A stretch of DNA of 53,357 nucleotides, the filler included, from Catajapyx aquilonaris (Eukaryota), in the NCBI GenBank assembly GCA_000934665.2. It is 3 parts of 3 records of this genome, joined end to end, with 100 filler letters (N's around TTAATTAATTAA, not from the genome) between each part and the next. Parts side by side here need not be neighbours in the genome. Positions count along the whole stretch, not along the records: positions 1 to 17,732 come from KZ539610.1; positions 17,833 to 35,553 come from JYFJ02006880.1; 1 more part is not named here. One strand, given 5' to 3'. The notes beneath the pieces were generated by a model. That model worked only from the letters and a program-made list of their open reading frames with translations. It did no database searches and had not been told where the DNA came from. This document shows, piece after piece, positions 1 through 23,232 of this stretch (its first letter is position 1; every line of letters begins with the position of its first letter). The position numbers and the translations under genes are program-made.

Positions 1-1880
1 GCCCCCGCGGTATATACAGACATGAAGGACTTCGGCAATTTTTTGAAAGCGATTCCATGAAACGTGGACATACCGGGTGTCGCCCCCCTTCACAGCCTAC
101 ACGGACGAGTGACACAAAATTTTCTGGACGAAGGAACTATCACGATTTCGGCAATAAGCAGTCTTACGGCGTCACTTGTTACTTGACGTGGATATACAGT
201 AGGTGACAAATGGCCTCTCCAGCTTTCCATACATCACTCTGGGGTTTGACAATTTCTATCAATCCGGTAATTCACAACTGCGACAACAACGTATGTGCCA
301 AGATCATAGCCAGAATTGATGTGTCATACGGGCAGGGGCCCATGACACCCACCTGTTCTCATCCTCTGACCCCCTACCTGTCTGTCATCACGGAGTAACG
401 TAAATAATAGGCCTAACCTGGCCTAACTATATTAAATAAATAATCAGACGTTAACAACTTCAGCGAGAGAACCTTCCATGTAGGTAACCAACATATTTTG
501 AAAAATTACAAGTAGCAAAAAGGTTCTTTATTTGATTTCAGGTAGGGCAGCTTCCCCCACCCCCCTGCACCCCCATGGCTACGCCCATGAAACTTGCCCT
601 AATGAAGTCACATTCCGGGCCTAAGTATATCGCACTGGTTCAGCTGTCCGTTCTTCGCAATAATCGCCTCGGACCTGGGAACGCGTTGGTTGCATTATGC
701 AGTGCATCTATCGTGCTTGGCCGAACGTCTGAACAGTGCAAACATTCTCCCAGGCGTTTCTCATACCTCCGACTTGCAATGACGTCATGCATGGTAGTTG
801 ACAATTCAAGCGTTCATGGCTTGCAATCACTCGCAGTGACACATGATATTGATGCTCTACCTATGATGAGTCCCAGAATTTGTCCTGGACATCCGTGAAG
901 CAGTGATTGTTTGTCTCGTATGATACTACGCATTGCCTTTTGAGCATAATCTTTTTCGGTGAGTGAGGGACGAATAATTATGCTGGGCTCCGGATTGAGT
1001 GTTATTGCGCCGGGACATGGGGACGGTGTTTTTACAATTATGTCTTGTTCTTTAGAAAGTTCCATGGGGTTCAAAGGGTAGCGGCAGGACGATCTTTCGT
1101 GTCGTCATCAGGAAACAGTTCGAATGGTGAACGGGTGTAAACAATGTTTCTCATTGAATATGACGGCAGCAGCTATACGTTTGGAGTGACAAGTGACAAA
1201 TGACAATTCCTCTCTGTCACACGTCTGGTTTCCACCACCTGAGGTCAGCCGAGTGGGAATTCCTGCAGCTACATAAAACAAGATGGAAATAAAATATTCG
1301 AGATTTATCATGACTTATTTTGCCCTGCCCAAAAGCAAGAAGTCAAGAGACGGTTATGAATGGAGAATGTGTTTCTGGGATCGTCGCATCTTTTTTGTAA
1401 TCTCCCAGTTATCCATCAGATGATTTTGGAATGTGGCTCAAGTATCGGTGCAGCGAGCGCCTCCCTTGCCAAAAAACACGGTCCGAGGCTGGGCTTAATG
1501 GATAAGCGCAACAAATCCGGATTTCTTATACGCATGAAACATTCCAGATATGCGTATGTATTATTCTGAAAGGTATCATACAAAATTGGGGTGGTTTGCA
1601 GTTAATAATTACAATGAATTTTTTTCGGGCTGTTCCTTCGGCGTGGTTACAAATACACCCCCGCGAAATGCCCACCTAAGTCGCACTTAACACTGTGCGT
1701 ATTTATGTCACTCGTCCGTGTAGGGCTGTGAAGGGGGGCGACACCCAGTATGTCCACGTTTCATGGAATCGCTTTCAAAAAATTGCCAAAGTCCTTCATG
1801 TCTGTATATACCGCGGGGGCCAAGATCAATCCTGAGAGCTAACACACTATCCACTCTCGGGTCTCGGCCAGCCTGCTCTA
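1..1880. mobile_element. Non-autonomous DNA transposon with long terminal inverted repeats, probably Academ-type; left end lies outside the window
   Basis: Bases 1-~118 are the near-exact reverse complement of ~1702-1820. The right arm continues to ...GGCCAGCCTGCTCTA at 1880 (a 5'-TAG terminus on the other strand, typical of Academ). No intact transposase inside. Confidence 0.6.
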
Positions 1881-1884
1881 TTCG

Positions 1885-1888
1885 AATA

Positions 1889-1938
<50 letters not shown>

Positions 1939-2160
1939 GATTCAACCTTGCTTGTTTATTTCGTATGTCTCAATCCACTCCCATACACCACGCGCTATTT
2001 ATATGCATTCTTCGATACGTGGATCATAATATGCATTGAGCTGCCCCATTCTAACATTCTCTGGAATCCTGCGACTCAGGGTCGGTCTGAAACCAGGGGC
2101 TTCAGAGCGACAGGCAAGCATTCTAACCACTTTGATGCGTAACACCAGCCTGCCTCCATG
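1885..2160 (-). mobile_element. Degenerate tRNA-derived SINE-like element with (TTA)n tail
   Basis: Minus strand reads GTGGTTAGAATGCTTGCCTGTCGC...GGTTTCAGACC (degenerate A/B-box head) and ends in the (AAT)n run at 1885-1938. Confidence 0.35.
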
Positions 2161-3182
2161 CTTTTAATCCAAATTCAACCTTGCTTGGGTCCTTGATGTG
2201 GCTCAATCGACTAGGGCCCCCCACCCACCCACGCGCCTTTTAAATGCATTTAATAATGCATGGAGCATAACTAAATATAGGCAGCGTAATTCGAACATAT
2301 GTTGCTCATCACGCCCTTCAAAGTGCTATGCATGTGAGGAATACACCTGACCCGGGGCCCCTGCCTTCTGGAGTGTATATGGAGCTGGAAAAGGTCCTTT
2401 GTGGGTAAGCTTAGTGGATTACACGTAATAATTGTAATGGCCACGTCTCCGCGCTTAACAGTTTCCAAAGCGCAGGAAAAAATTGTCATCAACTATTACC
2501 CCCCGCTCTCCCCTCTCCCACCTCCCGTTTGCAATGAGCAATGGCTGTGAATGGCGCTCAATTATTGCGACAGCATTGCCCCTGCATTGCATTGCAAAGG
2601 ACAATATAGGTATGACCAAAATGTCCATCACTTCTTCCATACGGCGAAATAAAGGGAGCTGTATAATATGTCATCCGGGCCGAGAGAGAGACACTTGATT
2701 CAAACGCGCGTGTACGGTGCACGACCTTCAATGCCACGCCACTTATATCCCTTCTATATTTCCAGAATCGGCTCTTATCTGCACCTCGACCTCGTGTTGT
2801 CCCCCCCTCTCATGCCCCCTCTATCCCCCCTCCCCCTTCAACTACCACGTGATTCCGCCAGAAAAGAGTAGCCGATGTAACGCAGCTAGACAACAGTAGT
2901 CGAGGAAAACGAGCGAGGTCAAAGTTATCCTGGCCAGACTGTAACCCACTCGACGGGAAATTTCTTTTTGAACCGTTGATACCAATTGTTTTCGCCCCGG
3001 AAATAAGTACTTTACCCACCATTCCTGAGATCGATTTACTAATCACGAAAATTACATTTCTTTGGGTTGATTTTTTATAACCAATCGTTGACTTAGAAAT
3101 ATGAAATATTTGTGTCGGATCATAACGATTCCAACGATATCTCGCTCATTAGCATCGTGACCATGACACTCGAGATATATCA

Positions 3183-3743
3183 CAGGGCTATTCAACTAGC
3201 AGACCACGACGCAATTTTGTCCGGACCGCGACAATATACAGGACAGTTTGAAATAGCATGATAAATTACTAATTCCTGATTTTTTGGAAAAAAGTGCTAC
3301 CAATTTCATCAAATACACACCCATTCAAATCTCCCACATTCACCTAAGCTCGTGTGACCTTGAACCCCCCCAAAATTTCGCCTGGGCCGGCTCATTCCCC
3401 GCCCTTTACGGCTTGTTCACCTTGTGCTTACGAAATGGCCCTCCTCCGAAATTCTTCTGCCTACGCGCCTGTACAGGACATCATAAAGTGCGAAAATGTC
3501 TTCATATGCCCTGTCTTGATAGGCCCTTCTACCCTTGCTGCACATGTTTCTATTTTCGAATATGAACCCTGTGGTACCATATAAAATCTATATATTTTTA
3601 CCCGGGGGGGGNNNNNNNNNNNNNNNNNNNNNNNNNNNNNNNNAGAGAGAGAGAGAGAGAGAGAGAGGAGGAGAAATCTGGACCTTCAATGGCCCAGGAT
3701 AGGTAAATACTGGACCTTGTCACACACTAGTTGAATACCCCTG
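3183..3743. mobile_element. hAT-type MITE (spans an N gap)
   Basis: TIRs CAGGGCTATTCAACTAG / CTAGTTGAATACCCCTG; exact 8-bp target-site duplication ATATATCA at 3175-3182 and 3744-3751. Confidence 0.85.
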
Positions 3744-3787
3744 ATATATCAAATCGCCCGTTGTCCCACTTGGCGGGACAACAGTAA

Positions 3788-4684
3788 CCTAAGGGCAAGG
3801 CTAATCTACACCAGGTTCCGTCATCTGATGTAAATCGTCTGGCACCCTCCCGTTGCACGCCGCTCGAGGCGCTGATGCCAGCCGCGGGGGGGAAACTGCC
3901 ACTCACCGATATGCATATGCTTACGTTTTCATTTAATATTTGCATGCAAAAAATGTGTACGTTGAATCCGGATATAACATCCTCGGCTACAACCGATCCT
4001 TGGTTATAGCAGACTGGTACCGCCATACTCACGTACTCTATGGCCTGTGTATTTAGCTACAACAGACTCGGTTTATTTTACAGCAGACTGATTTACGCGG
4101 TTTTTTGATATCCGAGTCTTATGTAGTTTTTTTTGGGCAATGATTAAAGACCGTTATTGGAAATATCATCCCCTAAAAGACTCAAGGAGCCATATCGCTA
4201 GGTATCCATTATTATTATCGTTTATTATTATCGTTTATTATTATTATTATTATTATTAATGTTGTTGTTGTTGTTAGCACAAGTGATGGTTACCAGACGT
4301 CCCGGATTGTCCGGGACTGTCCGGAATATCCACCCATTATCCCGGATTCTTTCAGGGGTCATTCGGGATACCAATTTGTCCCGGATTGCGCCAAATTGTC
4401 ACGGTTATAGCAGGGCTATGTTAGTATACAGTAGTATATGACTGTAACAGTACAACATTTGATTACTCTCCGGTCAGCCAGCGACTTGAATGATGTATCT
4501 GGGACGGCCCAAACCAGTAGCCTATAACATCTCATTACAGTGGCAAAAATAAGTAGTTATATAATGGTACACCTGCGATGGTCTCCACTAAGGGTCTCCA
4601 TCATCACCGACAGATCACCTCTTATTGTTTGCTACCCTAATAAAAAGGTCCAATAAAGCATATCATGGGATATCCATCATCATC

Positions 4685-4750
<66 letters not shown>

Positions 4751-5293
4751 TGACAGTGCAGTGGGCCAAATAATAACATTCCGGCTCAAAAGATTCAAGA
4801 CGTCTGTTACAGCACAATTACAATATATTGAATCATATAGAAATGGGAAAGTGCCAAATTAGCCGTACAGTACTGCACCATCCTTCACTTCACTAACATC
4901 TGCATGCCGTCTGCCGTATCAGGTCATCAATATTTCAACAACGCAAAACATATATATTATATTGGAAAATCACTTCTTATCTAATGCTGCGCATTAATAC
5001 CGTATATGGACATAATTATACTGTACCTATATCGTATACAGTACAGCATACCAGATTTTAAAAGTATTATATGTATGATATATTATACGTGGACATACAT
5101 AGGCTATATGATGCAGGTACCCGGGTCAACCTAATAAGAGTAATAACCAATACATATAAATTATCATGGAAGTAATTAAGTAAACTAGTCTGCTGCGATG
5201 TGCAACATATACAGTCAAAGAACTACAACTACGACGACGACGACGACAACAACAACAGGCCTAACAACAGCAACAACAGGCCTAACAACAACA

Positions 5294-5358
<65 letters not shown>

Positions 5359-5799
5359 CGATAATAATAATGGATACCTCGCGATATGGCTCCTTGAGTC
5401 TTTTAGGGGATGATATTTCCAATAACGGTCTTTAATCATTGCCCGAAAAAAACTACATAAGACTCGGATATCAAAAAACCGCGCAAATCAGTCTGCTGTA
5501 AAATAAACCGAGTCTGTTGTAGCTAAATACACAGGCCATAAAGTACGTGAGTATGGCGGGACCAGTCTGCTATAACCAAGGATCGGTTGTAGCCGAGGAT
5601 GTTATATCCGGATTCAACGTACACATTTTTTGCATGCAAATATTAAATGAAAACGTAAGCATATGCATAGCGGTGAGCGGCAGTTTCCCCCCGCGGCTGG
5701 CATCAGCGCCTCGAGCGGCGTGCAACGGAAGCGTGCCAAGCGGCCCTATAAGGAACCCTTCTGAATGCGGAACCTGGTTAGAATAAGCCTTGCTAAGGG
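3788..5799. mobile_element. ~2-kb foldback element with ~490-bp inverted arms and a piggyBac-like right end; contains a hAT-like end fragment and (AAT)n tracts
   Basis: ~3840-4276 is the near-identical reverse complement of ~5281-5740. The outer ~55 bp also pair, more loosely. Right end reads AAGGG|TTAA (5795-5803). Internal GGTTACCAGACGTCCCGGATTGTCCGGGAC (~4288) resembles a hAT terminus. Confidence 0.7.
4677..4750. repeat. (CAT)n/(AAT)n microsatellite
   Basis: Direct trinucleotide run. Confidence 0.95.
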
Positions 5800-6812
5800 T
5801 TAACACTGTTTCTCCTAATTGTTGCAAGATGGCAACACCATGGAAATTTGTAAACTGGGAGGTTCCGGAAGGGCATTCTGATATGTGCATTGACTACAAG
5901 TTGGTACATGAAACAATTACATTGTCACAGGAATGTTAGGCAGACTCCCCTATACTGAGAAGTGAAAAACACGTTAACAAATGACCCAGGAAACCATTTT
6001 GCCTAGTTTTCACATACCAACTCCAGATTAAAAGAAAGCTAATCTATGTGATTGGAGCAGAAAGAACTTAAAAGTTCAAAACAGTTTCTTAAATTACAAC
6101 TGGTATTTTCAGCTATCCATATCCTTGCTCCATTGCAATGGTTTGCAAAGGCTGCCCAACAGTGGTCCACAAACCGATCAAAATCAAACCTTTCATGGAA
6201 ATTTTAAAGATGAAAGAAAATTTGCTCATGGGGCAAGTCTTTGGAATAACTCATCTTTTTGCCTCTGCTGGGAAGCAGATGTTCTGTTCCAAAGAGTACC
6301 TAGTTTGAAGTGATTGCAAGTGCAACTACATGTGACCTCCTACTGTGAGTGCAATTGCAAATTTCCCACCCACCAGTCCACTTCCTTGCAATTGGAGGTT
6401 TTGTGACATGCTTTTGATGCTATCATATGGATCTCTCGGTTTATCCTCCTGCCAGAGTGGCAGACAAACCTTTCAACCTATTGTTAGCAGATAGTATTTT
6501 TTACACTCCCTAAAAGTAACTGCTTAGCAATAAACCACTTAGAACTGCTTGTATCAACTAAAATTACAGAGGAAATCTTCACTTATGTCAGATTACAAAT
6601 TGTGATTACACCTACACATTACCAGAGATTTTCCATTGTTTGTTTTCTCACACCACCCATTAGCACAAAAAACACAATTACAGACACTTCAACTGGAACC
6701 CATTTATTTTTAAAATGCATGTCTTGTGTTGCATTTTTGACATTAAAACAGCTCATGTAGCCTGGGTGTTACATGTTCTGCAGACATCTGTTTGTTTTCA
6801 CTGTGTTCCTCA

Positions 6813-17534
<10,722 letters not shown>

Positions 17535-17732
17535 TATCAGAAGTATCTTGTTTCGCTCAAGACTCGACTGCTTCTACTATAAGATATGTACAAGTATAAG
17601 ATGTAAAAACCGGCGTGCTTAGCTATGTTACCGCTGCGATATTCCGGAATCCCCCCCCCTGGAACGAGGCGCGAGTCACGCACTACGATTTCAGCGCTCG
17701 AGTGGCTCGGCGGGCATTCCGAGAACTATTAC

Positions 17733-17832
17733 NNNNNNNNNNNNNNNNNNNNNNNNNNNNNNNNNNNNNNNNNNNNTTAATTAATTAANNNNNNNNNNNN
17801 NNNNNNNNNNNNNNNNNNNNNNNNNNNNNNNN
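17733..17832. other. Assembly gap (100 bp) with artificial TTAATTAATTAA linker
   Basis: N run with a six-frame-stop linker at 17777-17788; identical construct at 35554-35653. Confidence 0.95.
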
Positions 17833-18351
17833 CGAACTGAACCCGTATTGTTCCTCGTGCACGTGAACCAAGTCCGGCCAAGTCATCTCACTTAGCTTAT
17901 AGCCTCGAAGAAAGGCTTGGCGTCCACCAATATCTCACGACTTTGTACGGCGGAGTGGACAAGGCATGGCTCCCAGGCACTATCTCACAGGTTTTTTCGG
18001 CAGACGACTTGGCGCGTTTTTTACGAGTGCGTTTTTGAGGGGGATTAGCAGTACCAGCAGTGTCAACTGATAACCATGGTAATCTATGAAAAAAGCTTGT
18101 GAGAGACTCACTGGCAGAAGCAGGCTGCTATGGCAAAGACTTAAGGTCTGTTCTCAAAGCAGCGGGTTGGAGCAAAATGTGCGCTTGCAAGCGCCTTGGA
18201 GCGGGTGGTTTGCCCGCTCTGACGTCATTCGAAAGTGGGTAGAGATACACTTGCCAGCTGCTAGGACATATACGCACGCAAATTTGGCAAAACCTGCAAT
18301 GAGGAAGACAATGGTAATGAAAAAATTGAATGAGAGGACTCGCGGAATGAC

Positions 18352-18700
18352 AACTAAGAAATAGCGTATAGCTGGTCTTCGTAAGACGGGGTTGAAAAAT
18401 TGAGTGGCATTGAATCAATGGACATACTATACACTTCCTGAATCGAACATGAGAAAAGTTTTCATAAAACCTCGCGATACACAACATTGTGTGTAAACAC
18501 TCTGTTGTTGGAGAGCAATGTTTCGTGTTGAGCAGTGGGAATAGTCAACACTTTGACCTGACTTGGGTTGCGAGACCGGGACAGTGCCACATGCAGCTGG
18601 CCATGATTGTGAGAAGACAGGTTCATCCAGGGAAATGCTAACGTGCTGATCTGGCCCTGCGAGTTATTGTTGATCGTCATGGCATAGGCTGGGATGACAT
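18352..18700 (-). mobile_element. Helitron 3' fragment (degenerate Pif1-type helicase C-terminus)
   Basis: Translates to AYAMTINNNSQGQ...HGQLHVALSR...THNVVYREVL*, matching the RepHel motifs AMTINKSQGQ, HGQLYVALSR and T.NIVY.EVL. A small hairpin GTCTT-ACG-AAGAC lies near the presumed 3' end. Confidence 0.8.
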
Positions 18701-18885
18701 TATGTCAATGAACATATAAGACTTTTGGATCCGGATCCAGCAGGTTATAATGAAGGCTAATATAATAATAGCTGATATGGGCATATTTGAGTGACGCGGC
18801 AACATGAGGGATGGAGTTGCCCTTTGTGTAGGTAATGCTGTATGGCTTTATGGTACTGCAACAATATTATCATCTGTTATTGGGC

Positions 18886-19110
18886 ACCACCGTGTCGGTG
18901 GTGGAGTGGTTAGCGCCGCAGCCTTTCACCTCTAAGGTCCCGAGTTCGATCCCGGGATCGGACAGAGTACATGCTTTGCGGATATAGTTTCGATGGGTTC
19001 TCTCCGTGTTCGCGTGGGTTTTCTCGGGGGTTCTCCCGTTTCCTCCCACAATCTAAATCCATCACAGCGCAGGCAATGATTAAAGTCGGTCAATTAAAAG
19101 ATGATCCCCT
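18886..19110 (+). mobile_element. tRNA-derived SINE with V-domain-like body
   Basis: Head TGGTGGAGTGGTTAGCG...GAGTTCGATCCC; body GTTCTCTCCGTGTTCGCGTGGGTTTTCTCGGGGGTTCTCCCGTTTCCTCCCACA resembles the V-SINE central domain as I recall it. Confidence 0.75.
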
Positions 19111-19263
19111 AAAAAGGACTGCTGCTGCCCCAAGTTGGTTCTTTTAGGTAAGAAAATGTGTTCTTAAATAAAACAGCATCATGGTCGCTTTTTTGTGTCG
19201 TATTATGTCCTGTAATCATCACATTGTAGAGTCTAGTGAATAGTTGCGCAACCACTAGTGTGT

Positions 19264-20930
19264 TTATGATGCGGAACCATTGGTTGCAAGGGATGTGTCG
19301 TTGCAAATAGGAGAATGATCGGTGGCATTCTCCGCTCCTTTGAACTGGGCCAGCACCACGAGATAGGTCGTGACTGCCCCAGCAATCTGCGAACAAAGAA
19401 GCATAAAAAGTCGTTAATTGCACTCCAAAACACACTGGTTGGTAACCCCATACCGAAGTGAGCAGACGGCGGTTAAGAGAGAAGAAGTTGGCAGCCGTGA
19501 TGTGCACCGGACCAGCACTCATTTGGCGTATGAGACACTTCACCTGCAGTACAAAAATAGGTTTCGCACTTGGTAGTGACTTGAACTGTAACACAACCTG
19601 ACCTGTGATTTGCAGTCCGGGTCGAGGTTTTTGGAGCGAATCTGGATCAAATCCCTCAGCGACGTGGTCGCCTGAAATAATTGCAAACTTATGTTGACCG
19701 CACTGCTCCACTAGCAAACACTGTTCAGAGCTACCTGTGAAAAGGACATCTTGCCATATTTCTTATTCGAGTAATGAAGTGATATTGATCTACCTCCAAG
19801 GTGGACTTAAACCACACCCATCTTGTATGAATGGAAGTAATTGCACGCTTAGAGTGAAGGCAGCAATTCGCTGATTATGCATGTCAAATAGTACTGACTG
19901 ACAGTCCACACTATTGAAGCTAATGACATGAAAAAAATTCCACCGTGTTGAATTTTAACAAGTAAAAGATTATTTTTAAAATTATTTTTGTGCACTTACA
20001 ATGTACTGTATGAATGATGAATGAACTTACATATTCTGGAACTTCACCAGTCAGACATATGAAAAAGTAGAGCATGGCCAGCCTTGACGTGATCACTACG
20101 ATTCCAGCCACCTGAATTCCGACGGGTAGGGCTTTCCAGAAAACAGTCAACAAGAAAATGTTGAAGACGATGTCTGACATGCACCCAAGCAGTGTTAGGC
20201 AAACGGACTCTCCGTGAACTCTGCTTACTTGATCCGTCAAACCACACATTTCAAAGTAAAGGCGCCCTGATGTCTTAAAGTTACGAGCAGAAATTGACTC
20301 ATTGCTGCAAACAAATACATTTCCTGCCTGGTGACAGTTACATGAGATCGATTCGTTGACCTGCTTCATCTTTAGTGAAATTCTTTTTGCGGCAAACACT
20401 ATCTGACAGGTAATCACGTCTCGTATAACGACCGTTTGAAACACATTGATGCAGTCTATGATTCCGACGTTTGTTACGATATCAGGTTGTACTGTTATTA
20501 TGACTGTGTATAACGTAGCATCCACGATACAGGCCATAGCCAATTTCCACTCCAAAATTCGCACGTTATCTTCATCAGCTCCGAACTTTAACTGGCCAAT
20601 TTTCTCCCACAGGGCCAGGGCAGGTCCGCTCTTCAAAACCATCATAACAAAGTTAGCCCAAGAAAGTATGACTCCTCCGCAATAAGACAAGGTGACTGTG
20701 TAATTCAAAGTGGGCGAGGTACCAAACATTGCCGGCGAGTAATTTAAAGCAGTCGAGACCCGATATCCAACGGTAACAGTGATGTTGAGGAGGAATAACC
20801 ATCTGCGTAGAAGCCAGTGTCCGTGTACTGGCCAAGGGAACAGACCCACTATTGTACAAATGACCTGAATGGGTCTGAGTGACCTGACCCTCTCTCTGAT
20901 CCCAATTTTAGGACTGATCCAGTGCACCAT
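19264..20930 (-). CDS. Gustatory receptor family 7TM chemoreceptor (GR1), ~393 aa, 4 coding exons
   Basis: Exons 20031-20930, 19603-19671, 19454-19543, 19264-19386, all phase-0 GT-AG. Hydrophobic TM segments, ITAANFFSLNRRLL in a 90-nt penultimate exon and the GR signature TYLVVLAQF. Confidence 0.9.
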
Positions 20931-21263
20931 GCTGCTCGGGAAATAACTGAATCCAACTGTGCTCTCACTATAAGGACTCAATTATTTTAATGCCTGTACT
21001 TTGAGGGCGTTGCCTATTCATCGCAGTAATGGCAAAGTGTCACATGTTCGGATCGTTATACTACGCGCATTCTTCTCATAATGACATATTCATCGATCAA
21101 TGTCTATTGTGTCGTAGAGACAAAATGAGCACTACTGCTAACGTTGCTAATTGGAACCATTAGACTAATTTTTAACAAGGAAAGAGATTGTAAAATTATG
21201 ATTTTTTAAAAATATATTTTCCAATAAAACTAGCTTAAAAACATTTCCATCAAATAGGAGGCT

Positions 21264-22793
21264 CTATATGTGCGCTGTCTGCCAAGTCTTCAGTTCAGTG
21301 GACCCCAAAGTCAAATGGAGGCAATAGTCCTGCATCTTCTTGCATAGATCCAGGACGAACTCTGGAGGAAGTTTCTCCATGCAGGCTCCGTGGAATCTGG
21401 CGCGTCCCAGATAGTGTCCGAAGTGACTGAAGACTACTGCTGCGACTGGAGGAGTCAGTCGGTTGCTGGTCAGACTCAAGAAGCGCATTCGTCTCATGGG
21501 GTTGGATTTCAGCAGTTTGTACACTGTCCAGTTGTCGAAGTAGTTGAGCTGGGTAATTTTCATCACCCGTATGTCCCTGCTGTGTGACAAACGTATGAAG
21601 TGATCGCAGTTGAAGGTGTCCTGTAAGTCGACGACTTGCAGTTTCCGCAGATTCTTGAATGGGACGGATGTGTCGTGATGGTTGATTGGGGATGCTGTGC
21701 AGTGGGACAGTATCAGTTCGTGCAGATTCGGGCACAGGTTTTCCAGCTGCTGCAGATCCACCTGGTTGCACTGGATCAGCCTGAGTCCGTACAGTTTGGG
21801 CATCGAATAACACTTGGCCCCCTTCAGGATGGAAGAGAGGTCTGGCATGTGCGACAGGGACAGACGAACAAGTCGAGAGAACACGGCTTCATTCAGCTCC
21901 AACATCTGCCTCGGATTGCACTTATTCAGATGCAGCTTCTTCATTTCCATGAACCTGTTGACGGGACCCAAGTTCCTGCAGCCTTCAAACACACCTTTGT
22001 GAAGGTTCGGGAAGTGTCGCGAGAGGCACAACAGCTGGTTGCTTCCTTCGACCGCGTTGACTTTGGGTCCCCGATCGTCATAGGTGAGGAGTAGTTTCAG
22101 CAGGTAGGACTTTCGGACGCATCGCAGGAGAGGAATGATCATACACCTCTGGATGAGCATAGTTTCTAACTGTGGCACTTTGTCCAGAATGTATATGACG
22201 TCGTCCACACTTTTTCCGCAATACTCCACGTACACCCTCTTCAGCTTGAGACATCTGGACAGAGTCGCAGGCTGGTTCCTGGACAATCCCCACTTGATAG
22301 CCAGCTCCTCCAGATCCGGACAGTACTTGGCCAGTCTTTTAAACAGATCTGACTCGTTAGTCACAACAGTGGCCAACCGAAGCGACTTGAGCTTCCGGAG
22401 TCCTGGTAAGTCCCTGGATACCATGCAGGCTATTTCCGGGTATTGTTTGTCGATATGGAACCAACCGAGCCAGAGGTGGGTCAGGTTCCTCAGTATGTCC
22501 AGGTTGTTAAGAAGGGTGATCTCCTCTTCCAAGGTGGCCAGAGAGATTCGAGTGCACCAAAGGCAGAAGGCGTCTCGGATGTTGAAATTTTCCAACGCTA
22601 CTTCCTTCTCCACTTGAAGGACTAGACGCATGTAATCATTGGCCAGGGTGACCGGAATGGTCCTGACAACCTCCTCTATTGCCTTGGACTCTCCCTTGGG
22701 ATTCCGTTTGCAGGAGTTGAGGATTAAGGACACGACCATACCTAGGCATATGTCCTCCAGCGACGAGGGCACCTGCATTAATTTGAGTGGCAT
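21264..22793 (-). CDS. LRR protein 1 (509 aa, cysteine-containing/RNI-like LRRs) with N-terminal BC-box/Cul2-box-like motif
   Basis: Single long ORF with repeats such as LRNLTHLWL, CPDLEELAI, CPNLHELIL. Probable start MPLKLMQVPSSLEDICL at 22793, 4 nt after a CAG acceptor; the ORF-track extension to 22892 lies in a predicted 5'-UTR intron (22798-22910). Homologous to the other three LRR ORFs. Confidence 0.85.
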   Translation of the reverse strand: MPLKLMQVPSSLEDICLGMVVSLILNSCKRNPKGESKAIEEVVRTIPVTLANDYMRLVLQVEKEVALENFNIRDAFCLWCTRISLATLEEEITLLNNLDILRNLTHLWLGWFHIDKQYPEIACMVSRDLPGLRKLKSLRLATVVTNESDLFKRLAKYCPDLEELAIKWGLSRNQPATLSRCLKLKRVYVEYCGKSVDDVIYILDKVPQLETMLIQRCMIIPLLRCVRKSYLLKLLLTYDDRGPKVNAVEGSNQLLCLSRHFPNLHKGVFEGCRNLGPVNRFMEMKKLHLNKCNPRQMLELNEAVFSRLVRLSLSHMPDLSSILKGAKCYSMPKLYGLRLIQCNQVDLQQLENLCPNLHELILSHCTASPINHHDTSVPFKNLRKLQVVDLQDTFNCDHFIRLSHSRDIRVMKITQLNYFDNWTVYKLLKSNPMRRMRFLSLTSNRLTPPVAAVVFSHFGHYLGRARFHGACMEKLPPEFVLDLCKKMQDYCLHLTLGSTELKTWQTAHI

Positions 22794-23232
22794 ATTTCTG
22801 CAACAATCGAGACCGAAATAATTGGAAACCGCTGCCAGCTTCAGCACCTTACCCAAATTTTGAAAAGACTTTTGACTCATGACACACTTCATTTACACCT
22901 TACTACTTACCCTGAACTCTTCTGACTCGGAGCCTTACTCTTTGCCCCTTCTTGCTTTTCAAAACAGCCAGAAACCTATAAGAAGACTTGATCTCTCGAC
23001 CTCACTTGGAAAACAAGGTAGCCTCGAGACAAGCAACAGTAATCTCGTAGCAACGCAATTATCTCCCATTGTCTGATGGCCAGTAAAATAAATTATTGTG
23101 CAGCGACGTCACAAAATGGACTAACCTGCTTCTTGGCTAATTTGAAGCAGATTTTTTTTTATTCCACTAGTGATAAATGAATACACATACTAGACAATAA
23201 ACGGATATGTATACGTCCGACTTTCCCGGTAA

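Noticed and set aside
5198..5439. ORFs with poly-Thr/poly-Ile/poly-Val
   Set aside because: They are translations of (ACA)n/(AAT)n microsatellites inside a foldback repeat.
17777..17788. TTAATTAATTAA palindrome within N runs (also 35598-35609)
   Set aside because: Artificial scaffolding linker with stops in all six frames.
22794..22892. 33-aa N-terminal extension of LRR1 in the ORF track
   Set aside because: It falls in a predicted 5'-UTR intron; the paralogs all start at the equivalent MP.
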